A stretch of DNA of 64,000 nt from positions 4,609-68,608 of the forward strand of contig CAWDHA010000009.1 in NCBI GenBank assembly GCA_963801935.1. Reading direction: 5' to 3'. Numbering within the stretch: position 1 is the first letter of the stretch; each line of letters starts with the position of its first letter. Shown here piece after piece: positions 31,780 through 40,932 of the stretch. The stretch comes from an uncultured delta proteobacterium (GTDB lineage Bacteria > Desulfobacterota > Binatia > UBA9968). A program made the position numbers and the translations under genes. The notes beneath the pieces are model-generated. The model made no database searches, was not told where the DNA came from, and saw only the letters and a program-made list of their open reading frames with translations.

Positions 31780-32844
31780 GTGAAGCTCAGAATTGGCAAC
31801 GCTTGCTGGCATGCTTTTCATATTCAACACGCTTTTTTGTGCCAGGAGGCCGGTTTCTTCACTCAGGAGGGTATCGACGCCGAGATCGTTCACGCGAAGA
31901 TCAACCCCAAGGGAATTGCCGCGAGCCGCCCGGACGGCGAGCGCTATGACGAAGTGGGCACGGTGTTGCGCGACATGGTCGCGTTCGGCATCGACATCAT
32001 TCCCGACGTCCACGTGCGCACGCCCTTTGCCGAGCGCGCGCTCGGCAATGACGAAGTTTTGATCATTGGCGGCTGGCGCAATCAGTTTCGCGGCACGTTA
32101 GTGGGAGCGCCGGGGATCAAGTCATTCGCCGATTTGCGCGGCAAGCGGGTCGGCGATTGGTACAAGGGCGGGATTGCGACCATGTGGTACGAGCATCAGC
32201 TCCGTCAGGTAGGCATCGATCCCGATCGGGAGATCCAGTGGAAGATCGGTTACAAATTCGGCTCGATGCGGGAAGCCTACAAGCCGTTGTTAGCTGGAGA
32301 GACGGACGCGGCGATCGTGCAGAATCCGTACGTGCCGATGTTGATCGAGCGCGGCTTCAATAAGATTTTTGATTTCGTCGAGGATAGCAAGCCGCACGGC
32401 CGGCCCGACCGGGTGACGGTGGCGCGCCGGAGCTTCGTCGAGCGCAACCCGGAGCTGATTAAGCGTTACTGGAAAGCATCGATCCGCGGTTATCATTTCA
32501 TTCGTATCGCACCGGAGAACTACCCTTTTTTGCGCTACGTCGAGGCGAAGCTGCGGCTTACCAACCCCGATGAATCCGAGCGCATGCGCGATCTCTGGTC
32601 AATGGAGCTGATGGAAGGCGCATTCTTCCCGATGGACGGCCAAATCAGCCCGGAGGGCGTATGGCGCATCCTGGAAGAGCATCTGGACGCCGGCGTGCTC
32701 GCGAAATCGATTACCCGCGCGGATGTCGAGGAACTATTGCAACAAGATTTGGTGCGCGAGGCTTGGGCGGAATTATCCCAGACCGAAGAAATCAAACGCA
32801 ACCTCGAACGGCTCCAGCCGGTCATTGAGCGACACGGCTACTGA
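31780..32844 (+). CDS. NMT1/THI5-like (SsuA-type substrate-binding fold) protein without signal peptide
   Basis: GTG 31780 follows GAGGTGA. 354 aa with a periplasmic-binding-protein type II pattern (..FADLRGKRVG..) and no N-terminal signal sequence. Confidence 0.55.
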   Translation: MKLRIGNACWHAFHIQHAFLCQEAGFFTQEGIDAEIVHAKINPKGIAASRPDGERYDEVGTVLRDMVAFGIDIIPDVHVRTPFAERALGNDEVLIIGGWRNQFRGTLVGAPGIKSFADLRGKRVGDWYKGGIATMWYEHQLRQVGIDPDREIQWKIGYKFGSMREAYKPLLAGETDAAIVQNPYVPMLIERGFNKIFDFVEDSKPHGRPDRVTVARRSFVERNPELIKRYWKASIRGYHFIRIAPENYPFLRYVEAKLRLTNPDESERMRDLWSMELMEGAFFPMDGQISPEGVWRILEEHLDAGVLAKSITRADVEELLQQDLVREAWAELSQTEEIKRNLERLQPVIERHGY

Positions 32845-32959
32845 AGCACGCGCGTATTTTTTATGCGCTAAAAGTCCGACTTCATTTTAAACACAATCTC
32901 CCTGTCGAATGACGACGTTAGATCGACCAAGCTATTAAGTCACTGGTGAGCACCGGAAG

Positions 32960-33317
32960 TCACGCGGGTGACGGGCCTGAAGTTATCGGGATGGCAGATA
33001 AAGCCCGTGACCAGGAAGTGTGCTGGATGTCGGCATTGTCGATGTAGCCGGAAATCCTTTTTGGCTAGCCCGCGCTGTTATAGGTATAAGTGACGGTCTC
33101 TCCGTCGGGGAAGGTTTCCAACGTTATCCGATTCAGCGTGTCTGGAGTCTGCGACATTGTATAGGGGACACCCATCAAGATACGTGATGCCTGGGTCGTC
33201 CTCTCCATCGCATCGTAAGTGAATTTCCTCGTTGTGTTGGTCGGTCTCAAGGACGGTTGTGAGCCGGCCCTTGGCAAATGGCGACACAGTTGACGCACTC
33301 GGACGCTGTGACGCGAA
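32960..33317 (-). pseudogene. RHS/YD-repeat protein remnant
   Basis: YD-repeat strings GRLTTVLETDQHNEE, then (+1 frame) FTYDAMERTTQAS...ETFPDGETVTYTYNSAG, then an in-frame TAG. There is no start and no core or toxin domain. More AT-rich than its surroundings. Confidence 0.5.
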
Positions 33318-33389
33318 TCAAAACGTCTTGAACGGTTGCAGCGATTGGAAACGGGAGCCCAGCGACAATCGCGGGAAGCGCAACGATAT

Positions 33390-34721
33390 TTAGTCAAGCA
33401 GCATCACGCGCAGATCCATGACATTGGTGAACGTTGGGCCGACAACCAGCAAGTCTCCCAAGCGTTCAAAGAAATGATACGAGTCGTTGTCGCGGAGATA
33501 GACTTCGGCATCGAGCCCTAACCGCTGCGCGCGGCTAAGAGTGGTTCCGTCAGCGAGTGCGCCGGCGGCGTCCGTCGGACCATCGCTACCATCGGTGCCG
33601 CCGCTCAAGATGACCACCCCGCCGATACCGCTAATCTGAACGGCCGCCGCCAGAGCGAATTCTTGGTTGCGGCCACCCAGGCCTGAGCCGCGCACGGTGA
33701 CGGTAGTTTCACCGCCCGAAAGCACGCACGCGGGCCTTTCAACGGGGTTGCCGGTTGCGCTGATTTCTTTCGCGACCGCGGCGTGCAGCGCCGCGACCAC
33801 CGTGGTTTCCCCTTCGATAAAGCTCGACAGCAGCAGGCTCTTATAACCCAACGCCGCCGCGCTTCGCGATGCCGCTTCCAACGTCAGGCGGTTGCTGCCG
33901 ACGATGACGTTCTGAACCTCAGCAAAAACCCGATCGCCCGCTTTCGGCGTCTCCGCCAGCGCGCCGCTGGCGCCGCTTTGAAGCAAATTCCAAACCGCCG
34001 GCGGAATGCGCGTTTTAATGCCGTATTTTTTAATAATCCTCAAGCACTCGGCAAAAGTCGTCGAATCCGGAGCGGTAGGACCCGAGGCGATGCCGTCGAT
34101 TGGGTCGCCGACAACGTCGGAAAGCACCAGTGAAATCACCGTCGCCGGGAAAGCCAAGCTCGCCAGGCGCCCGCCTTTGACTTTTGAGATATGTTTCCTG
34201 ATCGCGTTGATTTCGCCGATCGCGGCGCCGCAGGCGAGCAGGGCCTCGGTAGTCTGGCACTTTTCAGCAAGCGTGATTCCGTCCGCCGGATAAGGCAGCA
34301 AGGCCGAGCCACCGCCGGAGATCAGACAAAAAATCAGATCGCTGTCACCGGCCGCTTGCGCCAGCTCAACCATCGCATGCGCGCCGTCATATCCGGCCTG
34401 GTCCGGCAAAGGATGGCCGGCTTCATTAACGGTAATGGCGCGCAAAGGCACGGCAGAGCCGCGCTTGACGTTTATCACTCCGCCGCTGATTCTGTTTAGC
34501 AACAACCCTTCCAGAGCCTGGGCCATGCGCGCAGATGCTTTGCCCGCGCCAAGGATGATGACGCGCCGGTAGCGGTCGAGGTCGTAGTCCTTGCCGGCGA
34601 CGCGCAGAATTTGCCGGTCAATGCTCACATGGCGCTCGACGGCAAGAAAGGAATCCGCCGCCGCAACTCCGGCGTCAAAGATCGCTCTCGCATCGCGCCG
34701 CAACTGTGCAAGCGAACGCAT
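33390..34721 (-). CDS. Glycerate 2-kinase / hydroxypyruvate reductase-like (DUF4147 + MOFRL)
   Basis: 443 aa with the typical segments ...VIILGAGKASARMAQALE... and the C-terminal MOFRL pattern ...LSGGTDGSDGPTDAAGA...NDSYHFF..TGPTFTNVMDL. Confidence 0.85.
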   Translation of the reverse strand: MRSLAQLRRDARAIFDAGVAAADSFLAVERHVSIDRQILRVAGKDYDLDRYRRVIILGAGKASARMAQALEGLLLNRISGGVINVKRGSAVPLRAITVNEAGHPLPDQAGYDGAHAMVELAQAAGDSDLIFCLISGGGSALLPYPADGITLAEKCQTTEALLACGAAIGEINAIRKHISKVKGGRLASLAFPATVISLVLSDVVGDPIDGIASGPTAPDSTTFAECLRIIKKYGIKTRIPPAVWNLLQSGASGALAETPKAGDRVFAEVQNVIVGSNRLTLEAASRSAAALGYKSLLLSSFIEGETTVVAALHAAVAKEISATGNPVERPACVLSGGETTVTVRGSGLGGRNQEFALAAAVQISGIGGVVILSGGTDGSDGPTDAAGALADGTTLSRAQRLGLDAEVYLRDNDSYHFFERLGDLLVVGPTFTNVMDLRVMLLD

Positions 34722-34749
34722 GACATCAACCTAGCGTCGATTTAGTATT

Positions 34750-34835
34750 CGGTTCAAGGTTCAATGTTCAACGTTCAAAGACTCGATCTCAGGTCCCATG
34801 TATCCCGAATCGAAAACTTTGAACCTTGAACGAAA
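34750..34835. repeat. GTTCAA-periodic repeat, family B
   Basis: CGGTTCAAGGTTCAATGTTCAACGTTCAAAGAC ... AAAACTTTGAACCTTGAACG inverted arrangement. Related to 40807-40930 and 60103-60134. Confidence 0.6.
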
Positions 34836-34926
34836 TTTGGCGAAGTCGCTCGAAACTACCTGGAAGGATATTAAAGATGTAAGAAGATACGAAATCCGCT
34901 CTAGCAGCTTGATGAAAAAAATTCTT

Positions 34927-35157
34927 GCAGGCTGCACAAAAAGATCCAGAGGCGAGGCGCGCGAGGGCGCATAGAGCAAGGCGCATAGCGCATGGTGGAG
35001 AGAATCACTCCCCTCCAGTCTTCCGTCCCGTCCCTGGTCTATCGAGAACCCTTTGCGCTATGCGCTCTGCCAGGCAGTACGTTGTAGCGAGGAGATTGAG
35101 GGTACCCTTCGACAAAGCTCAGGGCGATCGGGCTATGGGTCTGTTTCAGCAGCCTGC
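34927..35157. repeat. MITE-like element, family A, full-length copy (231 bp, inverted orientation)
   Basis: TIRs GCAGGCTGCACAAAAAGATCC (34927-34947) and GGGTCTGTTTCAGCAGCCTGC (35137-35157). The interior is collinear, as reverse complement, with 6755-6928. Confidence 0.75.
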
Positions 35158-35510
35158 TAGTTTTTGAAGAGCCTGAAGCCGCCGAAGCCGTACTCACCGA
35201 TCAACTTACCCGTGGTGTTATCGAAAATATCGATGAGCATATTCTTCTCGGGATGGCCGGCGAGAAAGCGCGAGAAAATCTCGATAAAGTTTTCTTGGTC
35301 GGCGAACTCGGCGAGCTGAAAACCTTCGCCGACGTAGAGCCGATGGGGCCTTTTCGTACCGTCGAGCCGGACCCATAAGCGGGAGCCGCCGGAACCTACG
35401 CCATCCAGCCAGGTTCGGTACTCCCGAACCTTGGCTTCAATTTCTTTAAAGTTCTGGGCGAACGATACGGCAGGAAGAAGCAATGCGGACGCCAGCAGAA
35501 TGAGTTTCAT
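35157..35510 (-). CDS. Hypothetical secreted protein
   Basis: ATG 35510 gives MKLILLASALLLPAVSFAQ, a signal peptide. No family recognised. Confidence 0.55.
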   Translation of the reverse strand: MKLILLASALLLPAVSFAQNFKEIEAKVREYRTWLDGVGSGGSRLWVRLDGTKRPHRLYVGEGFQLAEFADQENFIEIFSRFLAGHPEKNMLIDIFDNTTGKLIGEYGFGGFRLFKN

Positions 35511-35548
35511 TCTAGCTGGCGTCCGCAATCTCATACTGGCAGCGTTAC

Positions 35549-36277
35549 CTAGTCGACCTTGATTTCAACGCGGCGGTTCTTGGCTCTGCCTTCCGCCGAG
35601 CGATTGTCGGCTATTGGCTTCGATTCGCCAAATCCTTGCCCGGAGACGCGGCCACCCTCAACGTTCTTTTTAACAACGTAGTCCCTGACCGCGCTAACAC
35701 GGCGTTCGGAAAGTCTTTGATTGTAAGCTTCCGAGCCCACAGAATCGGTATGGCCGGAGAGCGCCGCCTTTTTGTCCTTGTTCTCGTTCATAAACACAAC
35801 CAGCCGATCGAGAATTGCCCCAGCTTCCGGCTTGACGCTGCTCCTGTCGAAGTCAAAGAGCACGTCATCGAGAATGATGGTCCGCTCAACCTTTGGAGCC
35901 GGTTTCGGCGCGGGCGGCGGCGGTGGTGGGGGCGGCGGCGGTGGTGGGGGCGGCGGAGGCGGAGGTGGTGGTGGCGGAGGTGGTGGTGGCGGCGGTGGCG
36001 GTGCCGGTGGCGGTGGTGCCGGCTTGGGGTCCGGGGTTACCAAGTAAGCGAGGCCGCCGCAAACCAATGCACCGGTCAGCGCGCCAATTCCCGCTCCCAT
36101 AGCTTCATTACGATGCTTGCCGTTGACACCCTGATGGGCGATGGCAGCTCCTGCGGCCCCGCCCATAACTCCACAAACCGAAGCGCCTACCAGGGCAGCT
36201 TGTTGTTTGGTCATTCCGGTGCAGCCGGACAGAAACAATCCCGCAGCCACGAAGGTCAAATATTTATTTTTCCGCAT
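35549..36277 (-). CDS. OmpA-family lipoprotein with glycine-zipper segment and long polyproline linker
   Basis: Lipobox LFLSGC, GxxxG-rich segment, a run of about 30 consecutive Pro, then an OmpA_C-like peptidoglycan-binding domain (..LSGHTDSVGSEAYNQRLSERRVSAVRDY..NRRVEIKV). Confidence 0.88.
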   Translation of the reverse strand: MRKNKYLTFVAAGLFLSGCTGMTKQQAALVGASVCGVMGGAAGAAIAHQGVNGKHRNEAMGAGIGALTGALVCGGLAYLVTPDPKPAPPPPAPPPPPPPPPPPPPPPPPPPPPPPPPPPPPPAPKPAPKVERTIILDDVLFDFDRSSVKPEAGAILDRLVVFMNENKDKKAALSGHTDSVGSEAYNQRLSERRVSAVRDYVVKKNVEGGRVSGQGFGESKPIADNRSAEGRAKNRRVEIKVD

Positions 36278-36312
36278 CTCTGCCTCCTCGAACGTGATTC
36301 GAAATTTTGCTT

Positions 36313-36341
36313 AACGTAATTGAAGTGACATTTGTTGTCAA
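36313..36341 (-). promoter_or_regulatory. Putative sigma-70 promoter of the OmpA-like gene
   Basis: The minus strand reads TTGACA (36341-36336), a 17-nt spacer, then TACGTT (36318-36313). This is followed by GAGGAGG and the ATG at 36277, in an AT-rich spacer. Confidence 0.4.
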
Positions 36342-36497
36342 GTAAAATTTTCATCAATAAATTGGAGCGTGGGCCAATGGGCGGCGATCTAAAACCCCTG
36401 GCAGGCGTCATTGGGGTGCCGGTCGCGCCTGCCTCGCCGGCGCTGCGCCGGATCATCGCTTCTTTTGAGCGCCTCTCTGGCCCGTCTCTCGGCTCGG

Positions 36498-36929
36498 TTA
36501 TTTCAACTCAGAAGTACAAAACGCGCAACGCGTTGCCTTGAGCGGGATGACGGACAAGCAGTACGGGCAGCCCTGAGTCGTCGCCGCCGGCGCCGGTCCC
36601 CGCTTCTGGATGCGGTTGATTTGGTTGATCAGGAGAAAAATTGCGAACGCAATAATGACGAAATTGATGATGTGATTGAAGAACATTCCATAATTGAGAG
36701 TGGCCGCGCCCGCTGCTTTCGCCAGCGCTACGCTGGGATATTCCTTTCCGGAAAGATTGACAAATAAGTTGGAAAAATCGACTCGGCCGAGCAGTACCCC
36801 GATGGGCGGCATCAGAATATCCTCGACGAAAGAAGTAACGATCTTGCCAAACGCCGCGCCGATGACCACGGCAATCGCCAGGTCAATAACGTTCCCGCGC
36901 ATGGCAAATTCCCTAAATTCTTTAAGCAT
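36498..36929 (-). CDS. mscL: Large-conductance mechanosensitive channel MscL with C-terminal CxxC...CxxC tail
   Basis: [31 protein letters not shown]... is the canonical MscL N-terminus and TM1. The C-terminus is [22 protein letters not shown]. Confidence 0.92.
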   Translation of the reverse strand: MLKEFREFAMRGNVIDLAIAVVIGAAFGKIVTSFVEDILMPPIGVLLGRVDFSNLFVNLSGKEYPSVALAKAAGAATLNYGMFFNHIINFVIIAFAIFLLINQINRIQKRGPAPAATTQGCPYCLSVIPLKATRCAFCTSELK

Positions 36930-37124
36930 AAAGACTCGCTCCCATCGCTGATCCGGTGTGTGATTTGGCGCACTGTCGGCACCGATCGGCGCTCAGCTAA
37001 CGTCGCTTTTTATAGTGCAGTCGAAATTGCAAAGTCAAATCCGCGGCGATTTTTCGCCGGGTTGTGACTGTGAGTTATTTCGCGATTCATTGCTCGTTCA
37101 ACCGTTAGCGGGTATCGTCAAACC

Positions 37125-40041
37125 ATGGTGACTGTAAGACGCGCAACGTTCCGGCCAGTCATTTTCATCTTCGCGATTATACTTTTCACCTATACCGCGC
37201 TTTTGTCGATCGTCAATTTGCCAAGCTTCCAGGATTGGCTTAAGGCTCACCTGGCAAAACAAACCGGTTATGATCTCGCCGGCCGGTTGCGGCTCGATGC
37301 GCTGCTGCGTCTGAACCTGAGCGGCGTGACGGCTTCCAAAGGTTCCAAGCCCGTGCTGCAGGCGGAGCGCATTCTGATCGTCATCACTCCCCTCGGCTTC
37401 TTTTCGAAAACCATCCATCGCCTGCGACTCGAAAAGCCGACTCTCTATCTGGAGCTTGATGAGTTGATGAAGCAGAGCGCCGCGCCGGTTTCGAGCATTA
37501 GCTTGCGCCATCTGAATGTCGAAGACTGCACGCTCGTCTTGAACCTGGGGAGTGGCAGCCCGCTTTTTTTCAAGTCATTGGCCATGAACGCTCAGCATTT
37601 GAATCTCGGGCAGGCAACCGGCTTAAATCTCCGCACCGAGGTTCCGTGGCTCGAGGGCGTTGTCGAAGTGATCGTCAATGGTTCTGCAAACGACAAAATC
37701 GCGCGGCTTCGAGTCGAGCAGCAAGGTTCTCGGCCGGTCGCCGCCGGCGCCTCCGGGACAGTTGCGCCCGCGGCGCTTGAAGCCGAAATCACCGTCAGCA
37801 GCAAAGCGGATAGCTCTCTCGGCGTTGTTGCCACGGGCAAATTAAACCGGATGGCCGTCGGCGACGAACGCTTCAGCGGTCAGTTCGAGAGCCGCGCCAC
37901 CCTCGGCGCAAATCATCAGCAAGCCGACATCGACGCCAGCTTCGTCGCCACCGAACTGCCCTCACAAATGGATTTTTTACCTATCGCTCTGCCCAAGGGT
38001 ACAAGCACGGGCGTTTTGGCCGGCAATTTTTCACTAGGCTCAAAAAAAATTAGCACTGCGATCGTTTAGTTTTCAGTCCCCGCTGGGCGATGCCAACGGC
38101 ACCGCCGCAGTGGCTTTTACACCCGAGATCGCTGTCTCCGACAGCAAAGTAGCGCTCCGGAAAGTGCCGCTGCAGCCGTTAAGATTTTTATTTCCCGGCG
38201 CGCTGAGCGGGTTTGCATTCGATGGCGTCCTCGAGGCCGATTTAGAGCTTAGCGGACCATGGCGTACGATGACAGTTTACGGCATCGTCCGCGGTTCGCC
38301 CATCCAACTGCGCAGCGAACACTTGTCCTTGGCTGCGCTCAGCTTCAAAACTTCGATAGCATGGGCCAACTCCCGGTTTCGCGCCGGCGATGTGCAAATC
38401 ACTGGAAAAGACCTGCTGGCCCGGCAAAAAAGCGCGCTGCCGCTCGCAGCTGAAGAGCTGCGCATTAGTGGAATTTTGGAAGGAAGCGCGGACGCGCCGC
38501 TCAAGGCCGCCGGCCAAATCCGCGTTCATCGAGGCCGATTCGCCGCGCTCGATGGCACGCGCGTCGGCGAGAACCTGGCCCTTGCCGGTCGTTTTGAAAC
38601 GAGCATCGGCCAGGACACCGGGGATAGCGCCATGTCCGGCAACTTGGTCATCGAACAGGGCGAAGTACTCTGGGGAAAATTCTTCGGCGACTTGAGAGCG
38701 GAGCGACCTAGCTTGCAATTCGCCGGCGATTATTTTGCCGGCGCGGCTCGGCTGCGTTTGCGCGAGTTGGTTATCACGCTCGCGAGTGTCGGTAAGATCG
38801 CGGCGCGCGGCACCGTCGAACAAACCTTCAAAGATCCCCTGCTTCGCCTGGAAATCAACAGCGATAACATTCAGCCCGCGGGATTTTTTGAATTCTTCGT
38901 TCGCCCGACTTTGAATCGAAGCTTCCCGGTGCTCGATCAGCTGGCGCTCGGCGGCCGGCTCGGCTTTGCCGTGAAAGCCGACGGCACCTTCGATCATCTC
39001 ACCGTCGCCGGCGCCCTGCGGCTGCGCGGCGGCACAGTTCAAAACCAGTCCAAGAAATGGCAGGTGGGACCGATCGAGCTCGACCTGCCGTTCCACCTTC
39101 AGTACCCTGGAGCGAGCGCGACACCGTTGCCTGAAGATGTGCCGGCCGGCAGTTTGACGATTGCCACGGCGCGTTTGGGCGCGGAGGTGATGCCATCGAC
39201 AAGGACCGCGTTAGCTCTGTGGAACAACGCGCTGAGCTTTCGCCAACCGCTTCGTTTTTCGATCTACGGCGGCGTCTTGGAAATTTCTGAACTGGCATTC
39301 AAGGACGTCATTGCAGTTCCGCAGGCGCTCTCGCTCGCGCTCGATGCCAAGAACCTGCAGCTGGAGAGACTCACCGAAGCTCTGGGGTGGTATCGTTTCG
39401 CCGGTACGCTGTCCGGTTCTATACCCAAGGTCGAGTGGGACGGTGGTTCTTTGCGCAGTCCAGGTCGGATTCAAGCAGAGGTATTCGGTGGCCAGGTAGA
39501 GATCAGCAAACTCGAAATCGAAAGCCCGCTTTCGCCGGTTCCGTCCATCAAGCTGGATGCGCGTTTTCGAGATATCAGTTTGGCAAAGGCATCGGAGACT
39601 TTTGCCTTCGGGCAAATCACCGGCATTTTGGCAGGCAGCGTGAATGAACTCGTAATGACAGCCGGTCAACCCGCGCAGTTTCGCGCCGACCTCAACAGTG
39701 TCGAAAGACGCGGTGTCAGCCAGCGCATTAGCGTTGAGTCTTTGAACAAAATCACCGTGCTGAGTTCAGGCAGCGATGCCGGCGTTCTCTACGGCGGTAT
39801 CGCCAGCCTCTTCGATAGTTTTCGTTACAGCAAACTTGGCTTCAAAGCGCTGTTAAAAAATGACAAGCTCACCTTGCGCGGCGTCGAGAGCCGTAAAGAC
39901 GGTGAATACATCGTCGTCGGCAGCTTGATTCCGCCCACGGTGAACGTCGTGAGCCACACGCAAACCGTGGCCTTTTCCGAGCTGCTGCGGCGACTCGAGC
40001 GCATACAAAACTCGCCAAAGGCAGACAAGCCCGCGCATTAG
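37125..40041 (+). CDS. YdbH-like (AsmA-superfamily) envelope protein, frame broken (+1) between 38042 and 38069
   Basis: N-terminal TM anchor and a long beta-rich repetitive body. The C-terminal YdbH-type region is ...GVSQRISVESLNKITVLSS...KLTLRGVESRKDGEYIVVG. It is followed by a DUF1318/YdbL-like gene as in ydbH-ynbE-ydbL. Two ORFs (37125-38069, 38110-40041) overlap around an A8 run. Confidence 0.7.
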
Positions 40042-40186
40042 CAGTCGTTAACGATATGGCGGCGCGAAAGATCCATGACGCGGCGAAGATAGAATAGACC
40101 TATCGACTTGCGCCCAATCAGCCCGTTATCGTTATCCCAGCGTCCCGGACGGTCGCAACCGTCCCGACTGATAAGAAGGAGAGGCG

Positions 40187-40771
40187 ATGTTAAAGAAAAT
40201 TTGTTTCAGTATCGCGTTTGTGCTGAGTGCCTGCGTTACCGTAAACATCTACTTTCCAGCGGCGGCCGTGGAAAGGGCTGCGGATCAGATTGTCAAAGAA
40301 ACGTGGGGCGGCGCGCCCGCAGAACCCATCAAAAAAGAGCAGCCGCAAAGCAGCATCTATACACCCACAGCGGCGTTCGCTCTGCTGCGACTGGCCGGTG
40401 AAGCGCATGCGCAAGAAGCAGACATCAATGTTTCCAATCCGGCGATTCGCTCTTTGAAGGAATCAATTAAGAAACGCAGCGAAGCGCTCAAGCCCTATAT
40501 GGACCGCGGCAATGTCGGGATCACGCGCGATGGCCTGCTAAGCGCGCGCGCCGCGGAGGGCCTGAGCTTGAAAGAACGCGCCGAAGTCCAGCAGCTAGTC
40601 GATGCGGAAAATCGTGACCGCGAAATGCTTTACGGCGAAATCGCCAAGGCCAATAACATCGCGCGCGACGCGGTGCCGAAGATCAAAGCGATTTTCGCGA
40701 GAAGCTGGGTCGAACAGGCCAGGCCGGGTTGGTTTCTCCAGGACAGCCAGGGAAACTGGGCAAAGAAATGA
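40187..40771 (+). CDS. YdbL-like (DUF1318) lipoprotein with extra N-terminal segment
   Basis: Lipobox VLSAC. The C-terminal half (..GNVGITRDGLL...LVDAENRDREMLYGEIAKANNI...PGWFLQDSQGNWAKK) has the DUF1318 pattern. Confidence 0.7.
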   Translation: MLKKICFSIAFVLSACVTVNIYFPAAAVERAADQIVKETWGGAPAEPIKKEQPQSSIYTPTAAFALLRLAGEAHAQEADINVSNPAIRSLKESIKKRSEALKPYMDRGNVGITRDGLLSARAAEGLSLKERAEVQQLVDAENRDREMLYGEIAKANNIARDAVPKIKAIFARSWVEQARPGWFLQDSQGNWAKK

Positions 40772-40806
40772 GTCGTATCGTCGTGCGGCGCCACTGTCGC
40801 CGCGCT

Positions 40807-40930
40807 CCAGTTCCAATCGTCCAAAACGTTCAAATCGTTCAAGCAAACGCGCCAGTAATTATTGAGGCTTCGTTGAGTCCTTCGGTTCAGGCGTTTTGAA
40901 CGGCTGGAACGACTTGAACGTTTGGAACTG
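40807..40930. repeat. GTTCAA/GTTCCA-periodic inverted repeat, family B
   Basis: The arms CCAGTTCCAATCGTCCAAAACGTTCAAATCGTTCAAGC (40807-40844) and GCGTTTTGAACGGCTGGAACGACTTGAACGTTTGGAACTG (40891-40930) lie between convergent genes. Confidence 0.6.
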
Positions 40931-40932
40931 AC

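Noticed and set aside
35897-36036. A G-rich tandem tract that could be mistaken for a VNTR, a G-quadruplex element or a repeat array
   Set aside because: It is the antisense of the in-frame polyproline linker of the OmpA-like gene. The frame and both flanking domains are intact. It is not a CRISPR array (no spacers).
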